Source: an uncultured Acidobacterium sp.
GTDB taxonomy: Bacteria > Acidobacteriota > Vicinamibacteria > Vicinamibacterales > UBA2999
Direction: 5' to 3'
Length of the DNA stretch: 61,624 nucleotides
Assembly (NCBI GenBank): GCA_964350785.1
Contig: CAYGMD010000003.1
Span: 1-61,624 of the forward strand
This document shows, piece by piece, positions 34,832-44,986 of the stretch (position 1 is the stretch's first letter; each line of letters opens with the position of its first letter). The translations under genes were made by a program, and so were the position numbers. The notes below the pieces were generated by a model that made no database searches, had not been told where the DNA came from, and saw nothing but the letters and a program-made list of their open reading frames with translations.

Positions 34832-35031
34832 CACGGGCGCGGGCCCCGGCCCTCGACTCACCATCGCGATGAGCCTGCTGCTTTTCGTCGTGCTGATCCG
34901 GATGCGCCAGACGGTGGCAGGCGAATCTCGACGCGGTCAGCGCACCCAGCCTCCTCAATCTGCCCAGCCCGCGGATCTTCAATGCTTTGAATCAATCCTG
35001 CGGCCGTATTGGATCGTGGCTCCGAGCTCGC

Positions 35032-35058
35032 TGTAACGAAAGTCCTTCACTAACGGAC
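35032..35058 (+). promoter_or_regulatory. ECF-type promoter TGTAAC-N15-ACGGAC
   Basis: Upstream of the TonB-dependent receptor. Confidence 0.55.
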
Positions 35059-35084
35059 TGTGCGACTGACGAGGAGGATCCGAC

Positions 35085-38000
35085 ATGGTGCATGACATAG
35101 ACAAAACGCCAGTGCGACAGCCTGGCTCAAGACGGAGTGGAGTGGCGGCGCTGGCCTGCGTCTTCGCACTGCTGCTCGCGACGCCCGCACTGGCGCAGGA
35201 ACAGCGCGGGAGCATCGTAGGAACGGTCACCGACACCTCGGGCGGCGTGCTTCCCGGCGTGACGGTCGAGGCGCGCAGCGCCGGCGGCACCGTCGTTACC
35301 GCGACCACGGATGCGTCCGGGGGCTACCGGTTCCCCGCGCTGGCGCCCGGCACGTACGAGGTCACCGCCACCCTCGCTGGCTTCAGAGCGCAGAGAGTCG
35401 ACAAGGTCCAGGTCGCGGTGAGCCAGATCCGGAAACTGGATGTCGCCCTCGCCGTGGGCGGCGTCGCGGAGGCCGTACAGGTGACCGCTGAATCGCCGAT
35501 CATCGAGGTCACTCAGAGCGAGAAGGCGACGCATATCCGGGACGAATTCATCACAAACCTCCCGAAAGGGCGGGACTTCTCGACCCTGCTCATTCAGGCG
35601 CCCGGTGCCAACGCCGAGAGCCGTTTCGCTGGCCGCATTTCGATTGACGGCTCGAGCGCCGGCGAGAACCGGTTCTTCGTCGACGGCGTCGACACGACGC
35701 AGATGGTCAACGGCACCCAGGGCAAGAAGGTGGTGACCGACTTCCTGGACGAAGTCGAGGTGCGCTCGAGCGGCTACACCGCCGAGTTCGGCGGCTCCAC
35801 GGGCGCCGTGGTCAACGTGGTCGGCAAGAGTGGCTCGAACGCATTTCACGGCGACGGGGGCTTCTACTTCTCGGGGGATTCGCTGACGTCGAGCCGGCGC
35901 CCCACGCTGCGGCTCAACCTCAACAACTCCGAGCTCGCCGAGTTCGTGACGTTTCCTGAAGATGACGAGACCCAGGTCGAGCCCGGCGTCACAATTGGCG
36001 GGCCGATCGTCAAGAATCGCGTCTGGTTCTTCGGCGGCTACCAGCCGGAACTGATTGACAGAGAGCGGACCGTGACGCTCACGGCAAACGGTGAGACAGT
36101 CTCGCGCGGGCAGGACGAGACCACGCACAACGTCACGGCCAACGTCCGCAGCCAGATCAAGAACAACCTCACGGGCCGGCTCGCGTTCAACATGAGCTCG
36201 TCCCGTAGAGAGGGACTGCTGCCGGACCTGAGCGGCACGGACGCGCCGGGCACGCTCTACGACATCGACCGCACAAGTCCGAACCGGACGTTCTCCGGGC
36301 ATCTCGACTATGTGGCAACCCCGAAGCTGTTCCTGGGCGTTCGTGGCGGGTATTTTTTCTCCGACATCACAGACAAAGGCGTGCCGCAATCGCCGAACGT
36401 CACTTTCCAGACCTCGAACATTGGCCAGGCGGGCGTGCCGGCGCAGTTCCAGCGCTCGACCGGATTCTCGACGCTTTCCACCAACAACGAGACGCGGAAG
36501 GACGAGCTGACGCGCCTGAACTTCCAGGGCGATGCGACCTACTACGCCGACTTCGGCGGCAAGCACACCTTCAAGGGCGGCGTGCAGATCGATCGCATCG
36601 GCAACGACGTCGATTCCGGGGAGACCGGTCATCGCACGCTGGTGTTCTGGAACCGATCGATCGGCGGCCAGCGCGGGACATTCGGCTACTACCGGATTCG
36701 CAGCAACGGTTTGCGGCCAGAGCTGGGATTCCTGCGCCAGGGCGACATCAATCAGAACAACGTGGGGCTGTTCATCCAGGACGCCTGGGCCGTCACTGAC
36801 CGGCTCACGCTCAACATCGGTCTGCGCAGCGAGAACGAGCACATCCCCTCGTTCACGACCGAGGGCGGCATTCCGTCGACTGCGATCAAGTTCGACTTCG
36901 GCGACAAGCTGGCGCCGCGCCTGGGGGCGGCCTACGACGTCCTCGGGGACGGGCGCTGGAAGGCCTACGGCTCGTGGGGCCTCTACTACGACATCACCAA
37001 GCTCGAGCTGCCGCGCGGATCGTTCGGCGGCGAGCACTGGCTGGAGTATTGGTTCGCGCTCGACACGCCGGATTTCAACTCGCTCAACCCCGCCGGCTGT
37101 CCGCCGGCCTGCCCCGGCCGACTGCTCAGGGGACCCACCAACTTCCGCAGCCCGTCGAATTCGCCCGGGGACGAGACGATCGATCCGGGCATCGACGCGA
37201 TGAAGCTCCAGGAGGCCGTCGTCGGGCTCGATCACCAGCTCACGCGGGACATCGCGATCGGCGCGCGCTACGTCCACAAGCAGATCGACCGCGCGGTCGA
37301 GGACATCGGGTTCCTCGACGCCGCCGGGAACGAGATCTTCAAGATCGGCAACCCCGGCTTCGGCCAGTCGCACGAATTCCTCCCTGACGGCGGCACCAGC
37401 GTGATCGCTCAGCCGAAAGCGGTGCGCGACTATGACGGCGTGGAGGTCTCCCTCAACAAGAGCCTGTCGAACCACTGGGCGCTGCGGACGAGCTATCTCT
37501 GGAGCCGCCTCCATGGCAACTTCTCCGGGCTGTCGCAATCGGACGAGAACGGCCGCCTCAGCCCGAATGTCGGCCGGAACTTCGACGCCCCGATCATGTC
37601 GTTCAACGCGGAGGGGGAGCCCGTCTTCGGGGCCCTGGCGACCGACCGGCCGCACCAGTTCAAGGCACATTTCATCTACGCCCTGCCGTTCGGCACGACC
37701 GCCGGCGTCAGCCAGTTCGCGTCAAGCGGCGTCCCGGTGACCCGCGAGGCCGCGTTCATTCTGGGGAGCAACTTCCCGGTCATGTACCTCGGGCGGAAGA
37801 GCGACGGGCGCACGGAGAAGTTCACGCAGACCGATCTCGTGGTGATGCACGAGTTCGGTTTGGGGGCCGGTCAGGGCCTGCAGGTGAGCTTCAACATCCT
37901 GAACCTGTTCAATCAGGACGCCGTCACCGAGAAGTTCCGTACCCAACTGGCCTCGGGTACGTCGATCAACGTGACGGAGGCGGAGTTCTTCAACGGCGTC

Positions 38001-38114
38001 GATACGCGAGCGCTCATCAGCCAGCAGCGGCTCCCGCAGGACCCGCGCTTCCTCCAGCCGTCGGGCTTCCAGGCGCCGCGCTCGATGCGGTTCGGCGTGC
38101 GCTGGCGGTTCTGA
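35085..38114 (+). CDS. Oar-like TonB-dependent receptor with carboxypeptidase-regulatory-like N-domain
   Basis: GTVTDTSGGVLPGVTV, FFVDGVDTT, AEFGGSTGAVVNVV, C-terminal RFGVRWRF. Confidence 0.92.
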   Translation: MVHDIDKTPVRQPGSRRSGVAALACVFALLLATPALAQEQRGSIVGTVTDTSGGVLPGVTVEARSAGGTVVTATTDASGGYRFPALAPGTYEVTATLAGFRAQRVDKVQVAVSQIRKLDVALAVGGVAEAVQVTAESPIIEVTQSEKATHIRDEFITNLPKGRDFSTLLIQAPGANAESRFAGRISIDGSSAGENRFFVDGVDTTQMVNGTQGKKVVTDFLDEVEVRSSGYTAEFGGSTGAVVNVVGKSGSNAFHGDGGFYFSGDSLTSSRRPTLRLNLNNSELAEFVTFPEDDETQVEPGVTIGGPIVKNRVWFFGGYQPELIDRERTVTLTANGETVSRGQDETTHNVTANVRSQIKNNLTGRLAFNMSSSRREGLLPDLSGTDAPGTLYDIDRTSPNRTFSGHLDYVATPKLFLGVRGGYFFSDITDKGVPQSPNVTFQTSNIGQAGVPAQFQRSTGFSTLSTNNETRKDELTRLNFQGDATYYADFGGKHTFKGGVQIDRIGNDVDSGETGHRTLVFWNRSIGGQRGTFGYYRIRSNGLRPELGFLRQGDINQNNVGLFIQDAWAVTDRLTLNIGLRSENEHIPSFTTEGGIPSTAIKFDFGDKLAPRLGAAYDVLGDGRWKAYGSWGLYYDITKLELPRGSFGGEHWLEYWFALDTPDFNSLNPAGCPPACPGRLLRGPTNFRSPSNSPGDETIDPGIDAMKLQEAVVGLDHQLTRDIAIGARYVHKQIDRAVEDIGFLDAAGNEIFKIGNPGFGQSHEFLPDGGTSVIAQPKAVRDYDGVEVSLNKSLSNHWALRTSYLWSRLHGNFSGLSQSDENGRLSPNVGRNFDAPIMSFNAEGEPVFGALATDRPHQFKAHFIYALPFGTTAGVSQFASSGVPVTREAAFILGSNFPVMYLGRKSDGRTEKFTQTDLVVMHEFGLGAGQGLQVSFNILNLFNQDAVTEKFRTQLASGTSINVTEAEFFNGVDTRALISQQRLPQDPRFLQPSGFQAPRSMRFGVRWRF

Positions 38115-38239
38115 ATATCTGAAGGCGGGCCGCGTCGGGACGCGGCTCGCCTCCCTCGGCGCGGGCCGCGATCGAGCACGAGCAGGCCCACCTGCACATC
38201 AGCGCCGCCACCCGCTGGGAAATGGCGAACAAGGCGACC

Positions 38240-38594
38240 CGTGAAAGTGCGGGAGTGCTCAACAGAAGAACAAAGCAAGAACGATTCTGGTTGCCCAGAA
38301 TCGGCGAGAGGTCGCTGTTGAGGCCGACCACGGGGCGCTCGATCGAATCGCTGCTGCTGAAGAACTTGAAGGGCACGCCGTCGAAGCTGGCGCCGCCCAG
38401 GCCCGCAAACGACAGGTAGTCGTAGCCACGCAGCTCGGCGTTCCCCCCGAAATAGGTGAAGTCGGGATTGTCGCCCCAGCTCGAGAAGCCACGCGCACGG
38501 AGCACGAGGACTCCCCAGCGCCGAGGCGAAGATACTTGCGCGCGTCGACGTCGAGCGTTTGCCGCGAGAGCGTGTTGCCGATCTTCGGCGCCAA
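38240..38594 (-). pseudogene. Omp85/BamA-like barrel C-terminal fragment, frameshifted
   Basis: LSRQTLDVDARKYLRL, frameshift near 38520, then VLVLRARGFSSWGDNPDFTYFGGNAELRGYDY (RGY loop motif). Confidence 0.65.
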
Positions 38595-38717
38595 CTCGTT
38601 AGAACTGGAATTCGATCAGCACCCCGCAAAGGGCGGCCAGCGCGGAAACGGCGAGCAGGAGCCGGACATACGACTCGATGACGCGACACTGACGTTAGAT
38701 ATGTTACCTGCCCGTCG

Positions 38718-38743
38718 TGTAACGGCACGCCGGAAGGGGAGAC
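38718..38743 (+). promoter_or_regulatory. ECF-type promoter TGTAAC-N14-GGAGAC
   Basis: Upstream of membrane protein 38768. Confidence 0.6.
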
Positions 38744-38767
38744 CACATCAGCATAGGGAGCCCCTCA

Positions 38768-39300
38768 TGAATGCGCGCAACTACGTGCTCGACCGGCCGG
38801 CCGGGTGGTCGCCTGACTCGGCGCTGACCTGGTCCAGCGGATTCCTCGCCACACTCGCCATCAGCACGACGAGCTACCTGCTTCCCGCAATCGGGCTGCC
38901 GCAGGTCGATCTCCCTGTCTGGGTGGCACGGTTGCTTGTCGCCGATCCCGTTCACGTCGGCGCGGTGGGACTCGCGGTGCACCTGGTCGCCGGCTTCACG
39001 TTCGCGTGGCTCTACGTCACGCAGGTCGAGCCACGCCTCACCTTCGGGCCGGGAACGAGCGGCCTGATCTTCGGCGCCGGGCTCTGGTTCTTCGTCCAGA
39101 CTGTTGCTGTGCCGATGCTCGGCGCCATCGGTAGTGTCCTCGGCGCGGTTGGAGGCGAGCCCGGCCTGCTGTCGGCGCGCTTTGGTGTGGCCGCCGCCGG
39201 GGCTAGCCTGGTTGCGCATCTTGCCTATGGCGGTGTGCTTGGCTACGTCTATGGCTGCCGGGGTGGTGGGCGCTGCCGGCGGGTGCGGGAAGCTGGCTAA
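38768..39300 (+). CDS. Four-TM membrane protein of unknown function
   Basis: GLAVHLVAG and [10 protein letters not shown] His-containing helices; GGGAG RBS. Confidence 0.7.
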
Positions 39301-39329
39301 GGTGCCGAGTCCGCCGGCTTCGACACCCA

Positions 39330-39432
39330 CCATCGACACACTCAGTCAACGCCCGGAGTAGTTCGGCGACACTCCACGCTTGCGCAGTGCAGCCCCGCGG
39401 CGTGTGCGGTGGGTCGCCGTCGAACAGTTCGC
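39330..39432 (-). pseudogene. C-terminal remnant of amylo-alpha-1,6-glucosidase
   Basis: [27 protein letters not shown] matches the GDE_C terminal motif. Confidence 0.75.
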
Positions 39433-39560
39433 AGTTGCGGAGTCTCGCGGGGACAGTGGATTTCCGCCCGAAAGTGGCCCCGAGATGCAGGCCACGCAGT
39501 TGGTGGTCCCGGCCGCCAGCCTGCGTTTCTTCTGGCTCGACCGGGCACATTCGCACCGAG

Positions 39561-39586
39561 TGTAACGTTCGGGCCTCCCTCAAGAC
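39561..39586 (+). promoter_or_regulatory. ECF-type promoter TGTAAC-N14-CAAGAC
   Basis: Upstream of bufA copy 2. Confidence 0.65.
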
Positions 39587-39652
39587 TCATTCTGTTGTGG
39601 CCGGTCGACCGGGATGGACCCGGGACCGCGCCTGGCCACCTGTGGAGCACCC

Positions 39653-39919
39653 ATGAACACTCGTATCGTTATCGCCTCGGCGTTCGCGGCGGCCATCGCC
39701 GTCCCCACCCTCCTCGCCGCACAGAAGCCCGCCGAAATGCCGAGCTTCAAGGCCGAAAAATGCTACGGCATTGCGAAGGCCGGCGCCAACGACTGCGCAT
39801 CGACCGGCAACAACTCGTGCGGTGGCACGTCGAAGCGGGCTGGCGACGGAAAGGCATGGATGTTCGTGCCTGAGGGAATCTGCGACCGCATCGTCGGCGG
39901 CAGCAAGACCGCGAAGTAG
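39653..39919 (+). CDS. bufA1: DUF2282 bufferin-type precursor, copy 2
   Basis: 79/88 aa identical to copy 1 by manual alignment. Confidence 0.88.
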   Translation: MNTRIVIASAFAAAIAVPTLLAAQKPAEMPSFKAEKCYGIAKAGANDCASTGNNSCGGTSKRAGDGKAWMFVPEGICDRIVGGSKTAK

Positions 39920-39929
39920 GAGGGGACAG

Positions 39930-40814
39930 GTGGCCATCGCCATGTCATCGATGCGAATGCCAGCCCGAGCGGGCGTCGGCCTGAGACTGCCGCACATCGA
40001 AGAGGTGATGGCCACCCGGCCGTCTGCCGGGTGGTTCGAGATCCATCCGGAGAACTTCGTGGCCAATCCCCATGCAACCGAGCTCTTGCAGGATCTGGCG
40101 CAGCAGTATCCCGTCTCCGTTCACACCGTCGGCCTGTCAGTTGGCAGCGTGGGCGGAATCGATCGCGGACACCTCGCCCGCGTGCGCGCGCTCATTGATC
40201 TCATCGATCCGATCCTGGTGTCCGGTCACCTCGCGTGGTCGACGCACAAGGGCGAGTACCTCAATGATCTTCTGCCGCTGCCGTATGACCGTGAGACCTT
40301 GGACACCGTCGCGCGGCACCTGCACGAGGTCCAGGACGGACTCGGCCGACCGTACTTGCTCGAAAACCCATCGAGTTACGTCGGCTTTGCAGGTTCGACG
40401 ATGACAGAGATCCAATTCCTGAACGAACTGGTGGATCGCACCGGCTGTCGGTTGCTGTGCGACGTCAGCAACGTGTATTTGAGCGGTCGCAACATGGGGT
40501 ACGACGCGCGCGGCTACATCGATGGACTGCCTGCCGACGCCATCCGTGAGTTACATCTCGGAGGATTCACACCGGAAGACGACGAGGCGACGCCTGGCGG
40601 CGAAGTGCTCATCGACACCCACGCAACTCCCGTCGCGGAACCCGCATGGGATCTCTATGCCTATGCGATCCGTCGGTTCGGCCCAAGACCGACGCTGATC
40701 GAGTGGGACAACGAGATCCCGGCGCTGGGGGTGCTGCTCGACCAGGCGGAGAGAGCCAACGCCGTCGCGCACGAAGCAGTTACAGGCGAGGCACACCGTG
40801 TTGCCGCTCGCTGA
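39930..40814 (+). CDS. bufB: DUF692 MNIO bufferin maturase
   Basis: EIHPENF, SGHLAWS, LLENPS, LCDVSN, ELHLGG, IDTH, LIEWD. Confidence 0.92.
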   Translation: MAIAMSSMRMPARAGVGLRLPHIEEVMATRPSAGWFEIHPENFVANPHATELLQDLAQQYPVSVHTVGLSVGSVGGIDRGHLARVRALIDLIDPILVSGHLAWSTHKGEYLNDLLPLPYDRETLDTVARHLHEVQDGLGRPYLLENPSSYVGFAGSTMTEIQFLNELVDRTGCRLLCDVSNVYLSGRNMGYDARGYIDGLPADAIRELHLGGFTPEDDEATPGGEVLIDTHATPVAEPAWDLYAYAIRRFGPRPTLIEWDNEIPALGVLLDQAERANAVAHEAVTGEAHRVAAR

Positions 40815-41637
40815 CATTCAACAACGCATCCGCGACGCGGTCGTCGCTGGCGACCTCAGCGCCGCCGCACCCCTTTTGATCGGCGGCGTGGATGCCACCA
40901 GGCGCCTCGCGATCCATCGCCGCCATTATGAAACAAGCCTCGTGGCCGCGTTGTTGGGCCGATTTCCCGCCACCGGCTGGCTCATGGGAACCGCGACCAT
41001 CGAATCCGCCGCTCGCGTATTTGTGCGCGCACAGCCGCCCTCGGCGCCGTGTATCGCCGAGTACGGCCAGGACTTCCCGAAGTTCCTTGCGGAATGGCCT
41101 GGGTGTGAACGCGTCCCCTATCTGCAGGCGTTCGCGGATCTTGATTGGCACCTGGGTCGACTCGCGGTGGCGGGAGACCTGCCTGCGGTCACACGGACCA
41201 GCATCGCCGCCGTTCCGCCCGCTCAATTGGCGGACACGACGCTGACGATTCAGGCCGGCATCCACTACCTCGCGGCGTCCCGCCCCATCGATGACTTGAT
41301 CATGCTCTATCTCGCTGACGACACGCCGGATCGCATCGAGTTGCCGGAGGCCGACGTGTGGGTCGAGGTCCGTGGCGCACGGGGAGCGTTTCGCTTCGCG
41401 CGGCTCACACCGGCCACCTTCGCCTTCCGGGTCGCCCTTGCGAGTGGGTTGTCGATCGGCGATTCGGCAGAGCGTGCGTGGGCAGTGGATACTTCCTTTG
41501 ATCCGGGCGCGGCGCTCGCGCTGCTGGTGGATGCGGGCCTCGTCGTCGCCATCGACGGCCGCGAGATGAGCGCGGCATGGCCTGATGAGCTACGCCCTCG
41601 ACCTCTACGCCTCGCCACAACGCCACGTATCCGGTGA
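40798..41637 (+). CDS. bufC: DUF2063 (HvfC/BufC-like) partner protein
   Basis: RLAIHRRHY, YGQDFPKFL, ADLDW; follows DUF692. Confidence 0.85.
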   Translation: MLPLADIQQRIRDAVVAGDLSAAAPLLIGGVDATRRLAIHRRHYETSLVAALLGRFPATGWLMGTATIESAARVFVRAQPPSAPCIAEYGQDFPKFLAEWPGCERVPYLQAFADLDWHLGRLAVAGDLPAVTRTSIAAVPPAQLADTTLTIQAGIHYLAASRPIDDLIMLYLADDTPDRIELPEADVWVEVRGARGAFRFARLTPATFAFRVALASGLSIGDSAERAWAVDTSFDPGAALALLVDAGLVVAIDGREMSAAWPDELRPRPLRLATTPRIR

Positions 41638-41756
41638 TCGCTGTCGCCGCGTCCTTGGGTTGCGGTGACTACCTCGCAGCAATGCGATTGACCTCACCAC
41701 CCCAGTCCATCGCCGGACGAGGCATCAATCAGCGCCTGCAGAACTATACTGGCCGC

Positions 41757-42503
41757 ATGAGCCTTCAGGCGAACCACGTCACGTACGCGTTCGGCGACGT
41801 GATCGCGCTTGATGACGTGTCGCTGTCGGTTCCGCGCGGACAGTGCCTCGCGCTTGTCGGGGAAAGCGGCGCCGGGAAGACCACCCTTCTGCGCTGCTTC
41901 AACCGGATGGTTGTTCCATCGAGCGGTCAAGTGTGGGTCGATGACATCGACGTCGCGCGGCAACCCGTGGCGGAACTCCGTCGGCGGATCGGATATGTCC
42001 CGCAGCACGGAGGACTACTGCCGCATTGGACCGTTCTTCGTAATGTCGCACTGGTCCCCGATCTGTTGCGTCAACCTGACGCCGCTGCGGCGGCACCGCG
42101 AGCACTCGAGCAGGTGGGCCTGTCGCCTCGCGACTTCGGGAACCGCTATCCGCACGAGTTGTCAGGTGGCCAGCGTCAGCGTGTCGCGCTGGGCCGCGCT
42201 ATTGCCGCACGACAGGACGTGCTGCTCATGGACGAGCCCTTTGGAGCGCTGGACGCTATCAGCCGCTCCGAGCTTCAGGCGCTCTTTGCATCTCTTCGTA
42301 TGCAAACGGGCGTAACGACGCTGATCGTGACGCATGACTTGTTGGAAGCCGACTTCCTGGCCGACGAGATCGCGGTCATGCGCGGCGGCCGGATCGAACA
42401 GCGATCCACACTGGACACCCTTCTTACCACGCCAGCGACGCCGTACGTCGAGTCCCTCCTCGCTCGAGCGCTATCAGGCGGGCGGCGCAGGAGGGACTCA
42501 TGA
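41757..42503 (+). CDS. Osmoprotectant ABC ATP-binding subunit
   Basis: GESGAGKT, YPHELSGGQRQR, MDEPFGALD; TATACT 6 nt before the ATG. Confidence 0.9.
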   Translation: MSLQANHVTYAFGDVIALDDVSLSVPRGQCLALVGESGAGKTTLLRCFNRMVVPSSGQVWVDDIDVARQPVAELRRRIGYVPQHGGLLPHWTVLRNVALVPDLLRQPDAAAAAPRALEQVGLSPRDFGNRYPHELSGGQRQRVALGRAIAARQDVLLMDEPFGALDAISRSELQALFASLRMQTGVTTLIVTHDLLEADFLADEIAVMRGGRIEQRSTLDTLLTTPATPYVESLLARALSGGRRRRDS

Positions 42504-44137
42504 CTCGACGGCTCCCCTGTGCACTGACCCTGGCGGTATTTTGCCTGGCCGCGCTGACACCGGCCTGGGGACACGCGCAACAGGGCGTGGCTCCGGTCGT
42601 GGTCGCCTCAAAACCTTTTGGAGAGTCGTACCTGCTCGCGGAGATGTTCGCGCAGTTGCTGGAGGGGGGCGGCGTCTCAGTCAAGCGGCTTCCGGGTCTC
42701 GGCAGTACCGAGATCATCTTTCAAGCATTGCGGGCTGGCGACGTAGACGTCTATCCCGAGTACACCGGCACTGGGCTGATTGCCATCTTGAAGGACGCGC
42801 TGCCCGATCAGGCACTCGCGGATCCTCGGCGCGTGTTCGCACACGTGTCGGAAGCGTTTGCAGGGCGCTACGGCATGCGCTGGTTGCCGCCGCTCGGCTT
42901 CGAGAACACCTTTGCGCTGGCGGTGCGTCCCGACACCGCGCGCCGATACCGCTTGCGGACGCTCACCGATCTCGCGCGGGAGAGCTCGCAACTGACGGCC
43001 GGCTTCACGCCCGACTTCGTGCAGCGTCCCGACGGCCTCGCAGGCCTGGCGCGAGCCTATGGCGACACCATTCGGCCCGGAACAGTGAAGCCACTGCTCC
43101 CCGCCCTCAAGTACCAGGCGCTCGCCGAGGGGGCAGTGGACGTCATCGACGGGTTCTCCACCGACGGTCTGCTCGAGCGCTATGACCTGGTTGTGCTCCA
43201 GGACGACCGCCGATTCTTTCCGCCGTACGAGGCGGCTGCCCTCCTCGGGAAAAGGGCAACGGGCCGCGCTGACGTGGTGTCCAGGCTCACGCTCCTGAGC
43301 GCGACACTGAGCGAAGCCACCATGCGCGCGTTAAATCGCCGCATCGAAGTGGACGGCGAAGACGTACGACAAGTCGCGTCGGCGGCGCTCGACGCAGTCG
43401 GCCTGGGCGCTGCACGCTCGGCGACGCAACCCGGCGGCAACGCATCTGCCGGAGCATTCACACCGACTTCCGGGCGGCTCGACGAATCCTTCGGCGTATA
43501 TATCTGGACGAGGCGCGACACGCTGGTGCGACTGACGGTTCAGCATCTCTGGCTGGTAACGCTTGCGCTGCTCGCCGCGGTCCTCATCGCCCTGCCGCTG
43601 GGCCTTGCCCTCGAGAGGGCTCGGCACATCGCGGGCCCTGCGCTTGCCGGGCTCGGCGTGATTCAGACGATTCCCAGTATCGCGTTGCTGGCATTCATGG
43701 TTCCGTTCCTGGGGGTCGGCGTGGTCCCGGCGCTCATCGCCCTGTGGCTTTATGCGCTCTTGCCAATCGCGCGCGGCACTTTCAGCGGCGTGCGAGACGC
43801 CGATCCGTCCGCGGTTGAGGCTGCCGAAGCGCTGGGCATGACGCCGCGACAACGACTGGTGACGGTCCGGCTGCCACTGGCGGCTCCGGTGATTATGGCC
43901 GGAGTTCGCACCGCGGCAGTGATCACGGTTGGCGCGACGACCCTGGCTGCGTTCATCGGCGCCGGCGGGCTCGGTGAGCCAATCGTGACCGGACTCGCGT
44001 TGGCAGACACCAGGATGGTCCTCTTCGGCGCGGTTCCTGCCGCCGCCCTCGCCGTTCTGGTCGACGTCGCCCTGGCCATCGTCGAGAAACGCGTCAGACC
44101 CGCACACCTGCGTCGCCGCCGTCGGCGGCTGATGTGA
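42500..44137 (+). CDS. Fused glycine-betaine-type ABC substrate-binding + permease
   Basis: VASKPFGES, YPEYTGT, FFPPY, QTIPSIALL, FIGAGGLGEPI. Confidence 0.9.
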   Translation: MTRRLPCALTLAVFCLAALTPAWGHAQQGVAPVVVASKPFGESYLLAEMFAQLLEGGGVSVKRLPGLGSTEIIFQALRAGDVDVYPEYTGTGLIAILKDALPDQALADPRRVFAHVSEAFAGRYGMRWLPPLGFENTFALAVRPDTARRYRLRTLTDLARESSQLTAGFTPDFVQRPDGLAGLARAYGDTIRPGTVKPLLPALKYQALAEGAVDVIDGFSTDGLLERYDLVVLQDDRRFFPPYEAAALLGKRATGRADVVSRLTLLSATLSEATMRALNRRIEVDGEDVRQVASAALDAVGLGAARSATQPGGNASAGAFTPTSGRLDESFGVYIWTRRDTLVRLTVQHLWLVTLALLAAVLIALPLGLALERARHIAGPALAGLGVIQTIPSIALLAFMVPFLGVGVVPALIALWLYALLPIARGTFSGVRDADPSAVEAAEALGMTPRQRLVTVRLPLAAPVIMAGVRTAAVITVGATTLAAFIGAGGLGEPIVTGLALADTRMVLFGAVPAAALAVLVDVALAIVEKRVRPAHLRRRRRRLM

Positions 44138-44241
44138 AGACAGGAAGATTGCCCTCGGCGGCCACTGGATCGATCCCTCAACAGCCGTTCGGCGACAACA
44201 GGTAACCCTCCCAGAACTGCCGGACCGACACTAGATGATGA

Positions 44242-44330
44242 TGGCGGAGAGGGTGGGATTCGAACCCACGTGCCCTTTCGGACAACACGCTTTCGAGGCG
44301 CGCCCGTTACGACCACTTCGGTACCTCTCC
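44242..44330 (-). tRNA. tRNA-Ser(CGA)
   Basis: GGAGAGG/CCTCTCC acceptor stem, CT-CGA-AA loop, long variable arm, GGTTCGAATCC, CCA end. Confidence 0.95.
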
Positions 44331-44366
44331 GCTAGGGTGGGACCGCGACTGTCGCCGGAATCTCCG

Positions 44367-44395
44367 ATTATATCAGAGACCGACGGGACGGCACT
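44367..44395 (-). promoter_or_regulatory. sigma70-like tRNA-Ser promoter
   Basis: TATAAT at 44372-44367. Confidence 0.5.
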
Positions 44396-44516
44396 TTTTG
44401 TCGGGGCGGCACTTCTTGACTCAAGACCGGTCACGCCGTCGTAAGTCCCCGGCAGGCAGTGCCATCCCGTCAGGCACTCGCTCCGCCTCCCATCCGCTGT
44501 GGGATAATAGGAGGGT

Positions 44517-44774
44517 ATGGCTGAGCGCCCTGACGTGACCGTCCGGGTCTTTTCGTCGATGGCCGAGCAGGATCGCCACGATGCCGCCTACTGGGCCGCG
44601 CTCCCAGTCGACGTCCGAGTGATGCAGGTCTGGAAGCTCAGCCTCGAGCAGTGGCAACTTCAGGGTGCGCCGCCTCATGAACCAGGACGCTCGATCTATT
44701 ACGGTCGTTCGGCGCCCATAGCGCCGCGACAAGGATCGGTTCGACGTCGTCCCTCGAATAGGCGAGGCCGCTAG
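44517..44774 (+). pseudogene. Small antitoxin-like ORF followed by a collapsed nucleotidyltransferase remnant
   Basis: EQDRHDAAYW...VWKLSLEQW, overlapping ATG 44677 (MNQD) and an RDKDRFDV tail within about 85 nt. Confidence 0.45.
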
Positions 44775-44986
44775 CGGCCGAACAACTTCTGCAAGAACGA
44801 CTTCGGCCGCGGACACTGGCAGCGCTGCCCCTTCGGCACGTCGCCCAGCACCTGCTCAACGTGCTGGCCGCAACCCACCCAGGTGGGCTTGCCGCATTTC
44901 GGACACTGAACCCGCTGGCACATGACTGAATCCTCGTCTGGATCCAGTCTACCAGCCGCGCGTCAGCGCTTCCCGGCCGACCGGTG

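Noticed and set aside
34860-34935. Possible CcmC-like TM remnant (TIAMSLLLFVVLIRMR)
   Set aside because: Too short and generic to assign.
35127-37670. Long antisense ORFs (also 566..1531, 7801..9258, most of 51801..54179, 54934..56724, 48073..49707)
   Set aside because: Shadows of high-GC3 genes on the other strand; no motifs.
44242-44330. Long-variable-arm tRNA as tRNA-Sec (selC)
   Set aside because: Anticodon is CGA with a 7-bp acceptor stem: ordinary tRNA-Ser.
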